Assembly (NCBI RefSeq): GCF_006345805.1
Contig: NW_021834455.1
Location: forward strand, 1-49,947
DNA from: Octopus sinensis
Lineage: Eukaryota
Reading direction: 5' to 3'
Length of the DNA: 49,947 nt
A model generated the notes under the pieces. That model was given only the letters and a program-made list of their open reading frames with translations, was not told the origin of the DNA and searched no databases. Both the position numbers and the translations under genes were made by a program. This document shows positions 24,900 through 36,233 of this stretch, piece by piece; position 1 is the stretch's first letter; each line of letters starts with the position of its first letter.

Positions 24900-25380
24900 T
24901 ATTTACATATATGCGTGCGTGTGTGTGCGTGTGTATGCGCGTGTATGCGTGTGTGTATGTATATGTGTGTGTTTATGTGTTTGTATGTTTGTGTTTGTAT
25001 TTGTATGTGTATGTGTGTGTATATATGCATATGCGTGTGTGTTTACGTATGTATGTGCCTGTGTATATATATGTGTATGTGTGCGTGTGTGCGCGTGTTT
25101 GTGTGTGTGTGTGTGTATTTCTGTGTGTGTGTGTGTGTGTGTGTTTCTGTGTGTGTGTGTTTTTCTGTGTGTGTGTGTGTGTGTGTTTCTGTACTATCAA
25201 TTCGTCGGTATCTGTTGCAAGTTTTTCCTATAAACATGACTAACATTTTAATGTTTGCAAGTTTACACGATATTAAACGCTATCAAAGTAGATTTATGCA
25301 AACATATGCATAGAGTTTCACTTATATACATATCTATGAGGAACCAAACACACACATATATATATATGTAGATATATATG

Positions 25381-25479
25381 TACATATAGACACCTCCCAC
25401 GTATAAATATGTGTATATATATATATATATAATATATATATATATACACATATTTATACGTGGGAGGTGTATATATGTA
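25381..25479. repeat. ~100-bp near-perfect palindrome centred on (TA)n
   Basis: ACACCTCCCACGTATAAATATGTG (25390) versus CACATATTTATACGTGGGAGGTGT (to 25470). Confidence 0.95.
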
Positions 25480-25546
25480 ATATATATACACATATATATA
25501 TATAAATGTATATATATATATGTATATATATGTATTATATATATAT

Positions 25547-25788
25547 ATATCTGAACATTTGCATTGTAGTTTTCAGTATATAACACACACACACACACAT
25601 ACACACGTATATACATACATACATACATACATACATACATACATACATACATACACATACATACATACATACATACATACACATACATACACAGACATAC
25701 ACGTACATAATACACGTACATAATACACGTACATACATACATACATACATACATAATACATACATACATACATACACACACATACACG

Positions 25789-25849
<61 letters not shown>

Positions 25850-25961
25850 ATGTATGTTTGCATGTATGTATGTACGTGTATGTGTGTGTGTGTATGTATG
25901 TATGTATGTATGTGTATGTATGTGTATGTATGTATGTATGTATGTATGTATGTATATACGT

Positions 25962-25998
<37 letters not shown>

Positions 25999-26031
25999 AT
26001 ACTGAAAACTACAATGCAAATGTTCAGATAT
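25547..26031. repeat. 485-bp fold-back inverted repeat centred on (TA)n
   Basis: ATATCTGAACATTTGCATTGTAGTTTTCAGTATATAAC at 25547 is the exact reverse complement of the sequence ending at 26031; (TACA)n mirrors (TATG)n inside. Confidence 0.95.
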
Positions 26032-26107
26032 TAGTGTAAATATCCGTAATCAAAAGTATGGAATCCCATACGGGTAATAATGATTTCCATATTTCTTGAT
26101 ACAATAA

Positions 26108-26255
26108 AGCAGCGAGCTTGCAGAATCGTTAGCACGCAAGGAAAATTGTTTAGCAGTATTTCGTCCGTCTTTACGTTTTGAGTTCAAATGCCGCCGTGGT
26201 GGATTTTACCTTCCAGTCTTTCTGGGTCGGTAAAATTAATTACCGGTTGTCTACG
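26108..26255 (+). mobile_element. Old diverged SINE-A-related copy
   Basis: GCGAGCTTGCAGAATCGTTAGCAC..GAGTTCAAATGCC. Confidence 0.7.
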
Positions 26256-27074
26256 TGGTTTTGTGCCTAATTTTGAAAGCAGTTTTTCTAGCTACAGAAT
26301 ATTTCAATATCCGAATATCGAGATTATATTGTTTCCTGCTATATGTGTATCGTCAACTCTACGCAGATATTAAATGGCTGTGGCTCATGATATCATGACA
26401 TTAGCTTTTATAAACCAATAAAATATAAAACTCTATAAATTGCAAGATTGAATTTATTATTTAACCTTATTTTAATGATGCAGAGAACTTTAAAATGTGA
26501 ATACATTTACAGTAATATGCAAAGAGATGTAGAAGCAAGCCGATATCAAAATGTGAAGCGTCTCACGTGAACGTGTTGCTCTAGGATCACTGCCTTGGTA
26601 ATATTAAGAAGCCAGAGTGTTATCTGTCATATGACGGGCAACTTTGGAACTCTACTTTTGTCCCCAGGGGGAATATATAAAGAATGATGGCACACACACA
26701 CACAATAATTATAATTTAAGTTTTGTCAGATTTCTTGGTGTCTATAAAAAAAGATAATCATGAAATGTTAATTCTTGAAAGTAATATATGTATTTCCTTA
26801 AAACAAAGTTAAATAGAACAAATTTCACATTTGTATAACTTCGATAAGAACCTTGTCATTTAATCCTTTTCATCATCCATTTACTGTCACCAAGCCTAGT
26901 ATGTGCGCTCATCTGTCATATCCTATTTTAACTCAACTGTGTCTCTCATTTTTATTCACTTTACTGTTCTGTGTCTACGGTATAATGTTCGATTGGGGAA
27001 ATCAACAGATCGATCAATCGTTCAACTAATCAATCGATCAACTTACATTTATATCGGTTATTATTATAGAAAGT

Positions 27075-27455
27075 GGAGGCACAATGGCCCAGTGGTTAAG
27101 GCAGTGAACTCGTGGTCGCAGGATCGCAGTTTCGATTCCCAGACCGGGCGTTGTGAGTGTTTATTGAGCGAAACCACCTAAAGCTCCACGAGGCTCCGGC
27201 AGGGGGTGGTGGCAACCCTGCTGTACTCTTTCACCACAACTTTCTCTCACTTTTTCTCCCCGTTTCTGTTCTACCTGTATTTCAAAAGGGTCAGCCTTGT
27301 CACACACTGTAACTTCATTGAATATCCCTGAGAACTACGTTAAGGGTACACGTATGTGTGGAGTGTTCAGCCACTTGCACGTTAATTTCACGAACAGGCT
27401 GTTCCGTTGATCGGATCAACTGGAACCCTCGTCGTCGTAACCGACGGATTGCCAC
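27075..27455 (+). mobile_element. SINE-C full length
   Basis: A box TGGCCCAGTGGTTAAGG, B box GTTTCGATTCCC, tail CTCGTCGTCGTAACCGACGG. TSD-like TATTA(T/C)AGAAAG at 27062-27073 and 27457-27468. Confidence 0.85.
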
Positions 27456-27710
27456 GTATTACAGAAAGATATGAAGCAAGCAAATGTAACGAAGGGTCTG
27501 CGAGGATCTGCTAAACAGCTTCTAATCCCTATAGCCGTGGAATTAGAAATACAACGAAATAGAAGACACTTGCTGGCAGGCCTTTTTATAAGTATTCGAA
27601 AGCCGTACGTATCCTTCCCTGGGCATCAATTTAAAATCCGATCATCTAACCTAGGAGTGAGGAAACCCTCGAGAGCCCATTTTATTTCGCCTGCAGGCTA
27701 TACTCGTATG

Positions 27711-27883
27711 GACAAAATACGTTCTGAGTTCAAATTACACCGAGGTCGACTTTGCCTTTCATCCTTTCGGGTCGATAAATTAAATACCAGTTACGCACTG
27801 AGGTCGACGTATTCGACTTAATCCCTTTGTCTGTTCTTGTTTGTCCTCTCTGTGTTTAGCCCCTTGTGGGTAGTAAAGAAATA
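27711..27883 (+). mobile_element. SINE-A monomer with tail A2, 5'-truncated, 12-bp TSD
   Basis: TATACTCGTATG at 27699-27710 and 27884-27895; element ends ..GTAGTAAAGAAATA. Confidence 0.9.
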
Positions 27884-28921
27884 TATACTCGTATGTACAA
27901 AATATGATAAATGTTTCAATTATAAAATTCATACAATATTCGTATGCCTATTTTCGACATAGGTCGCGTTTCCACTACGACTTAAAATGGCTAAACTCGA
28001 ACAGAAAATCCTCCTGTAATTGCAATTTGAATGGAAATTTTGTTTTCACAACAAAACACATATTGCTAGGTCTGTACCACCCCCTTTGAGACCCAGCTAC
28101 ACTCTAGCTGAAAAATAAAGAATACCTCACAAGTAATATAAATGTCCTCAATTTAGTGGCGGCGTCAATGAAGCGTCGAGGAATCGATCTCCAGTCAGGA
28201 CAAGGAGCAGATCTATCCTCGACTTGTGAGTGGGAGTCGACAGCAGACAGCCCTGACCCTTGGAGACTCTCGCGAGTTCTTTTGGCCAGAGCTGCCCTCT
28301 TGGTTCCCTCCTGCTTGGCAGTTTTGACCGGCAGGAACCGCGCTATGGCTACATTGATATATCTGACCCCGGCCGCCAATAACTCAGCCTTCTTCTTGAC
28401 GAGGAACGCGTTAATTTAATGCGTTAAACTTATCTTTATTCATGTATATCGAATTAAACATAGCTATATACAAAATTTACACAGATATAATAATCAGAAC
28501 TTGTGATCCATCCGCGGACCTTTTTCTTTGTAAATTTTTGCCCTCCGCACTACAAGTGTTCCTCACTCGTGATCTAACCCCACCAAAATTAATCCAAAAA
28601 TGATTGTCTTCCTTACAATAACTGGATGTCAGGACACCACACGTGTCTTATATACTTTCCTCTTATCTTTCTGTTTTGTCCAACACAGTCCATAATATTT
28701 AGGATAAGCTAAAGGTTAACCTTCCTAAAAATAGCAGCCAAATCTTCCTCAAGTGTATGTATCTATGAAAGCAGTTGACCTGTTCGCTGTAAAGATTTCA
28801 GTTTACTCATGAATGAAAAAGAGATTACTCGATTTTGGAAACAGAAAATCAAAATATAATGACCTGTAAAATGAAAACGGTAACCATTAAAATGAATATC
28901 TAGAATTTATATATAACGTAA

Positions 28922-29313
28922 TCTCTCTATATATAAAGCTGAAGTTGTCTGTGTATGGCAGGTTTGGTAGCATTCAACTAACACTATCCCCTCTGAGACC
29001 CTGCGGCGCAAGTTGACCAAAATTGAGAGTATGATAGAAGAAGACTTGCTCTTCCTTCCGTAGAAGAAAAAATTCAAATCGGTCCATGTTAACGCCAGAA
29101 ATTATTTACATCAAAAAGGTGCTTTTTTTCTATGAAAATCACTATTTTTTACGATTTTTTGACTGCTGTGTCGCCATTTTTCAGTGTATTTCAACCAGAC
29201 AAATGTTCACTTAAAGAGAATAACAATCTATATAATGCACATGTTTTACTTTTCAAAAATTCCAATTCTAAAGGGTCGAAACAAACCCGAGCAACGCCGA
29301 GCGATACTGCTAG
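28922..29313 (+). mobile_element. Non-autonomous Helitron
   Basis: A|TC 5' end (TCTCTCTATATATAAAG), subterminal CCCGAGCAACGCCGAG hairpin remnant (29286-29301), CTAG|T 3' end. Confidence 0.8.
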
Positions 29314-29539
29314 TATATGATAAGCGCAAGTGTGACTGTGGTAAGAAACTCGTTTCCCAATCACATGGTGAAATCCTAGTTCGGTTTAAACTCTACAGGT
29401 ACCAAAGTACGGGGTCTGTGTCAGCCGGGGCTGATTGAGATGTTTGTAGAGAATCAAATCCGCTCTGAAGTTAAATATTGAGTGTTAGATGAGTAGTGAT
29501 GTGTTTATTTTTTTTTTGTCAAATTGTTAAATGTATGGT

Positions 29540-29715
29540 GGAGTTAGCCATCGACCGAGTCTGTCGTGAAAGTAGCTCGTAGTACAGTCGCCTTGTGTTT
29601 GGTCGAGAAGCGCAAACAGCTGTCGTCTGCTTAATGGCTATGGCGACACAGGCCTTGTGAAGGACGCAGCTGAAATCACTAAGGATAGAAATCACTGGAA
29701 TAGGACACTTACCCT
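29540..29715 (+). mobile_element. Possible RTE-type LINE 3' remnant
   Basis: Frames give SRLVFG and GDTGLVKDAAEITKDRNHWNR, resembling the RTE terminal DTGL..DR..W motif. Confidence 0.35.
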
Positions 29716-30025
29716 TGGGAACCATCCAGCTCTGTTCGTTGTGTTCTCTGGGCTCCTTTATTGGCCCCTAAATGGCAGTGACCGTTTAGAGATAATATAT
29801 TTTGTATATGGTTGATATCGCCATTTTGTATTTCGTTTGATTCGCTTTCATCATAAACCTCAACAATTGTTGTAATCTGCTCTCGTAATGTGCTCTCATC
29901 TGTCACCCTTGTGGCATATTTATTACCAGAAACCTTCTGTTTTCCCCGCTGCCATTGTTTGTGTTGTATTGGAATGGTTTTTAGTAATGTTTCAGTCATA
30001 TTTTGTACTGTATTGGCAGCAGCCA
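29713..30025 (-). CDS. Candidate internal coding exon of an unidentified gene
   Basis: TTTCAG acceptor before 30025, 313 nt open frame (AAANTVQNMTETLL...ITTIVEVYDESESNEIQNGDINHIQ...TELDGSQG), consensus donor GG|GTAAGT at 29712. No homology recognised. Confidence 0.4.
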
Positions 30026-30099
30026 CTGAAATATTCGCTCCGACATCAACAACAACAACAACAACTCGCTTTCTGCAGTTGTTGTTTAAGTAGAGATAA

Positions 30100-31000
30100 A
30101 AATCTTTTGAAATCTCACCTCTCTCCCTTTCTCTCCCCTTTCTCCCTCTCTCTTTCATGGTCTCTCTCTCTCTTTGTCTTACGTTATTATCTCTCCATCT
30201 CCCACACACTCCTGCACTCCTCTCCATCACCACACACTCTGCTTCTTCTTCTCCCTCGCTTTATCCTTTCCTCTTTATCTTTTATACACTTCTCTCACTC
30301 TGTCTGTCTCTCTCTAAATCTCACATCCAACATATTCTCTCTTTCTCTATATGCACACATACATACATACATAATTACATATATACATACATACATATAT
30401 ACATATATTTATATATATATATAATCATACATATATATATAGGTATATATTCTCATTCATACATATATACATACATGTATATACACACATATACATACAC
30501 ATATATTCATACACACATACATATATACATACAAACACATATATTCATACACATACATACATACATACATACGTACATACATACATACATACACACATAC
30601 ATACATACATACATACATACATACATACATACACACATACATATATACATACATATATACACACACACATACACACAAGTCCCTCTCTTATATTTCTAGA
30701 TTTTCTGTCTTATATACAAAACCAATCACTCACTCACATTCATAGTCGTCATCCTCCTCCTCCTCCTCCTCTTCTTCTTCGTCCTCCTCCTCCATCTCTT
30801 TCTATGCATCCCACGCAGTTTCCTTCCTTCCATCTCTCTCTCTCTCTGTCTCTCTCTCTCTCTCTCTGTCTCTCTCTGTGTCTCTCTCTCTCTCTGTCTC
30901 TGTCTCTCTCTCTGTCTCTCTCTCTGTCTCTGTCTCTCTCTCTCTCTCGTCTCTCTCTCTCTCTCTCTCTCTGTCTCTATTTCTATCTCTATCTCTTCCA
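30100..31000. repeat. (TC)n, (CATA)n and (TCC)n microsatellite cluster
   Basis: Seen directly. Confidence 0.9.
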
Positions 31001-31369
31001 TCTAGAAATGAAAAAAAAAATCAAAACAACAACAGCAAATAGACACTACAAATAAAAAAAAACGGTAAGCACCGAGATGTCGGTGAGGGGTCGGGGGGGG
31101 TGGGGGTGGGGGTAGAATAAAACCGTGTATGGATATTTATTGGGTCTTTGATTCAATCAGTATTCATCGCTGGTGTCAAACGTTGTTAACATGTATTCAT
31201 ATAAAACATAGAAGACGTCAGAAAGAGCGGGAAACAAACGAAAAACAGCCATCATTACGCTGTTGTTATCATATTGTACAGGCATTCAGCCAGATAAACA
31301 TACCACCAACAGCCGCTCTTCCCTCCCCCACCAACACACACGCCGAGCTGCAGAGGTAGTGAGAGAGCG

Positions 31370-31459
31370 GGATAGATAGACAGACAGACAGATAGATAGA
31401 TAGGTAGGTAGGTAGAAAGATAGATATGTTTCATTATTAGCCACACTAGGGCTGCACAC

Positions 31460-31527
<68 letters not shown>

Positions 31528-31528
31528 G

Positions 31529-31575
<47 letters not shown>

Positions 31576-31620
31576 TAGATAGATAGAGAGAGGGAGGGAG
31601 AGAGAGAAAGAGAGAAAGAA
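31370..31620. repeat. (GATA)n microsatellite
   Basis: Seen directly. Confidence 0.95.
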
Positions 31621-31645
31621 ACATACAAATCTCTATCTCTCCTTG

Positions 31646-31679
<34 letters not shown>

Positions 31680-32555
31680 ACTGCCTTCCTAGATTTTTGC
31701 TAAAGCATTATATATTGTGGCGATAAAATGTTTTGATTACCGTACTCTTAAATATACGCCCTTTTGCTCCATATAACATCCTGTCCATTTCTGGCTCTGG
31801 AAAATACATAGTGACAATTCCAAACGAAAGGGGAGATAACCTAAAAGAATCATTTACTAGAAGGAATACGAAACTAAGGATAGAACAACCGTTTTTTCGG
31901 TGTCTAGTATATCTTTCTTCGTCTGTTCAAATTCATTAGCGATAATGAAGTATTTATATATACTTCGTTTTGTTATAAATGTGCAAATTACTCTAAGCCG
32001 TAAACAGCTAAATTTTACGTCTAGTTGGAGTCAAAGCTGTGCTGAAGATGTCGATTGAGGTAGGAACACAATCACAAATGTCGTTTTGATTTCAACAAGA
32101 ACAAAAAATCAAAAAAAAAAGGTAGACTTTTTCTTGAATGGCGAAAGTGAGCGATAATTCCTAGAGATTATTGTTCCTTCTTATTTGGAATTGGTTGCAG
32201 ACGCCACTCGAAGTTTCCTTCTTCGTCTCAGTGACAAGATGGTTTTAATGAATCAGGGAGTCATCTTGTTTAATACTTGGTGCGCGTGCGTGAGTGTGTG
32301 TGAGTATGTGAGTGTGTGCGTGTGAGACAGTGTGTGTATGCGTGTGTATGTGTGTATATGTGTGTATGTGTATGTATGCTTGTGTATGTGTATGTCTGTC
32401 TCTGTGTCTGTGTGCGTCTGTGTGTCTATGTGTGTGTATATGTGTGTATGTGTGTGTATGTGTGTTTGTGTGTGTATGTGTGTTTGTGTGTGTGTGTGTC
32501 TGAGAAAAAGTATCGTTTACCTTTTACTTGCTTTAGTCATTAGACTGCAGCCATC

Positions 32556-33318
32556 TTCCCTCAACTTCTGGAGCGTCAATTATTGAAACGTGTGGTCGAG
32601 CATTGGTCATGAACAATGATTGGCCCTCTTCTCTCTGGAACGGAAGAGTAGCAGTTTTTTGTTCATTTTGGCAATATCATGGCAACATGATTCTGCAGTA
32701 AGGGTTTTTTCTGGGTTTTACGAAGTTATAGTGGACGAGTCCATCAGTACACCACCAAACAGTCACCATAACCTTCTTTTTCAAGAGCTGGGGTTTAGGG
32801 GAGGTTTTCAGTGCTTCATTTTGGTCCAATCATTTCCAAGAACATTTTTTTGTTATTGTATAAAATCCACTTTTCATCACAAGTTACAATATGGTTGAGA
32901 AATGGATCAGTCTGGTTACGGAGAAGAAACGACGAGCAAATTTCACATCTGCGCATTTTCTGATTTTCATTTAAATCGTATTCTACCCAGTTATCGAGCT
33001 TTTTTGATTTTCTGATTGCATGCAAATGCAAGTTTTCTGGCTAACTGTTGCCAGTTCTCGAGCAGTTTTGCGTGGATCTTTCTCAATGACGGTCTTTAAT
33101 TGATCGTCATCGATGACAGATAGGCGTCCACTATGCTCACGATCTTCAAGGCTCAGGTCGCCACTGCAAAATCGTTTAAACCATTTTCGAGCTGACCACT
33201 CACTGGTCATTTCCTCACCAAAAGTTTTGTTGATATCGCGAATAGTTTCAGCTGCTTTACATCCTTTTTTGAAGTTGAACAGCAAAATTATTCGTATATC
33301 GCGCTTTGACAATTCCAT
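32556..33318 (-). pseudogene. Mariner transposase pseudogene, cecropia/Hsmar1-like, 3'-truncated
   Basis: MELSKRDIRIILLFNFKKGCKAAET..SGR..LDNWVEYDLNENQK..IVTCDEKWILYNN..KKVMVTVWW; frameshifts; no SET domain upstream. Confidence 0.9.
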
Positions 33319-33405
33319 TTCAGATGATTTTAACAACAGTGAAAAAAATATATCAATGTTGATTTATTGATGCATTTAGGCAAGTGTACTCTTTTATTTT
33401 TTTTT

Positions 33406-33649
33406 ATTCTTTCATTCTTTTACTTGTTTCAGTCATTTAACTGCGGCCATGCTGGAGCACCGCTTTTAGTCGAGCAAATCGATCCTAGGACTTATTCTTT
33501 GTAAGCCTAGTACTTATTTTCTCGGTCTCTTTGCCGAGCCGCTAAGTTACGGGGACGTAAACACATCAGCATCGGTTGTCAAGAGTTATTGAGGGGACAA
33601 ACACATACACACAAACGCACACACACACACACCACACACACACACACAC

Positions 33650-33685
<36 letters not shown>

Positions 33686-33858
33686 ATATATATATACGAC
33701 AGCCTTCTTCCAGTTTCCGTCTACCAAATCCACTCACAAGTCTTTGGTCAGCCAGGGCTATAGTTGAAGACACTTGCCCAAGGTGCCACGCAGTGGGACT
33801 GAACCCGGAACCATGCAGTTGGTAAGCAAGCTACTTACCACACAGACACTCCTACGCC
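33406..33858 (-). mobile_element. SINE-B full length
   Basis: Complete head to tail. Confidence 0.9.
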
Positions 33859-34666
33859 TATATATTTCTTCATAACTTTCATGTAATTCTGTTGTGTCTG
33901 GGGAGAGTCATTCTCTTTTAGTGCCTTATAATTACCGGTAAAATTTCCACTTATTTCTTTAGTTGTTTAAATTTTAAAATTTCTTTTCTTTTTCTTTTTT
34001 CTTTTCAATTCATTTTATATTTATTTTTTATTTTTAACTTTATTATTTTGCATTTTTATATTTTTTCATTTTTAAAAATCTTTTCTTTTTTATTTATTAT
34101 TTTATTTCATGCAATGTTTTCAGAATATATTCAGACGGACGTTTCGGAGAAAAACAAGATTGAATATCCTGCTGATGATCGGGAACGAGTGTCTGAAACG
34201 AGTACTGGAAATTGGAGACTTTCAGTTATAATCTATTAAAGATAATACTCTACTCTAATATTGAGTCTGGGAATTCCCTTCTTCCGGTGTATCTATACAA
34301 ATACACATGCGCGCACACACACAGACACCCAGACATACGCACACACACACACACGCCCACACGCCCACACGCACACACACATACGCATACCAACACAAAT
34401 GCACATACAAATGCACATACGCACACACACGCATACAGACACACATACACATACAAACACACACACACGCACACACACACACACACAAGTTGTGATAATA
34501 AAATCAAATCGAATGGTTATAGTTTCAAATCATGTAATTTTTATGTTTCTGGTCTGCGTAATTTATGACAAGAAATGCATCCGTTACCTAAGATCGTCTG
34601 CAGCTGAAGGCTTTACGTAATGCAGACACTATTTGGTTTGGTATCAGTATTACAACTTACATGAAC

Positions 34667-34699
<33 letters not shown>

Positions 34700-34734
34700 T
34701 GATGTATGTATGTATGTATGTATGTATGTATATA

Positions 34735-34810
<76 letters not shown>

Positions 34811-34822
34811 ACATATATATAT

Positions 34823-35022
34823 ATCACCATGATAGATCGTTAGCCACTACACACATTTTTCTCTCCTTGTTTCTCACCTTGTTTTTTTCTGTGTCCCTTT
34901 CTGTAGAAGAGCGTAGGCTCGAAACGTAAAAGTCTTTTTCAATTTCTGAGCGTTATACTAATACACCTGTTTCTTGTTTACACACGCGTCTTCGTTTTTT
35001 GTTTTTTTCGTGAACTCTCCCT
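34823..35022 (+). mobile_element. Short Penelope-like non-autonomous element with hammerhead-like core
   Basis: CTTT-CTGTAGA-A-GAGC-GTAG-GCTC-GAAAC-GTA-AAAG; second copy at 38360-38553; both embedded in microsatellites. Confidence 0.6.
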
Positions 35023-35049
35023 ACACACACACACACACACCATATATAT

Positions 35050-35086
<37 letters not shown>

Positions 35087-35385
35087 CGAGGGTGAGTCAT
35101 AAAGTAATGCCATTTTGTTTAGGACAGGTATAATTGCCAACACAGGAACATGTATCATACATCAAAATGAAGCTGGTCCTCTGTGGATCACATCCCTATT
35201 TCTCAACATAGTCACCGTTTCTCTCAATAGTAATGTTCCATCTTCGAATGAGAGCATGTATCCCTTCCCCGTAAAATTCTGTTGACTGTTCTTTGATCCA
35301 CTTCTTCACTACAGTTTTCACTTCTTCGTCACTGGAATAATGTTTGCCTCTTAAACCCTCTTTCGTGGCACCGAAAAGATGATAG
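35087..35385 (-). mobile_element. Mariner 3' fragment (TIR plus transposase C-terminus)
   Basis: CGAGGGTGAGTCATAAAGTAATGCC TIR beside (TA)n; DYHLFGATKEGLRGKHYSSDEEVKTVVKKW..NGDYVEK*. Confidence 0.9.
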
Positions 35386-35499
35386 TCCAGTGACGAGGAA
35401 GTGAAAACTGTAGTGAAGAGGTGGCTCAAAGAACAGTCAACAGAATTTTGCGGGGCAGGGATACATGCTCTCATGTTGACTACACAGTATAGTAGGGTC

Positions 35500-36233
35500 A
35501 GTTGAGAAAAACAGAAGCATGACAATTCACTCTGCTAGATATTTGGTAACAACATGCTGTAGTGCGTGGCATTCGCGCTGGGAGTTCCAATGCAATCTGA
35601 GGACACGTATCGAAAGTGATAAAAATCAAACATCCAGTCAACATCATGGTGTTTGCAGCGATCACTAATGATGGCAATGTTATGCCTCCATTCATCTTCC
35701 CACACGGCCTTACACTCAACATGGAGGCCTACATCAAATGCCTGGAGGAAGTAGTGCTGCTTTGGGTTATGAGGGTGGCTGCTGGAAGACCCTATGTCTG
35801 GCAACAGGACTCTGCACCATGCCACACAAGAAGGGGAACCCAGTCATGGCTGTCAGACAATTTCTGCGACCACATCACCCCTAATATCTAGCCACCTAAC
35901 TCTCCAGACTGCAACCCCCTTGATTGTTAAGTGTGGGGCATAGTTAAGCGAGAGACCATCAAAACTCTTTGAAACATCAAAGATAAACTGAAGGCAAGGA
36001 TTATGTCAGCATTGACCAACTTAAACAAGGGGACTGTCCAGAAGAGTTGCAGGAGATTCCGAAGTCGTCTGGAGGCCATGGTTGAAGACAATGGCGATTT
36101 TATTGAATAAATTTACTCTTTAATATTTCAAGATAGTTTTATGTAATTTTGGTAAAAATACTTGTTAAAATGAGATGTCAATGCTATTTTCCTTTTTGCA
36201 TATCTTAGACAACAATTTATTTACCGCTCACTG
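35500..36233 (+). pseudogene. DD37D (maT/Bmmar1-like) transposase remnant with 3' TIR
   Basis: KHPVNIMVF..WQQDSAPCH..SPDCNPLD with 37 residues counted between the last two catalytic Asp. In-frame stops; ends NGDFIE* at 36110; element ends CACTG|TA at 36233. Confidence 0.9.

Noticed and set aside
27075-27150. tRNA genes at SINE heads (also 11187, 37404)
   Set aside because: A and B boxes are present but each continues into a SINE body and tail; no complete cloverleaf is evident.
32556-33336. SETMAR-like domesticated gene
   Set aside because: Frameshifted, truncated transposase with no SET-domain exon nearby; SETMAR is primate-specific.
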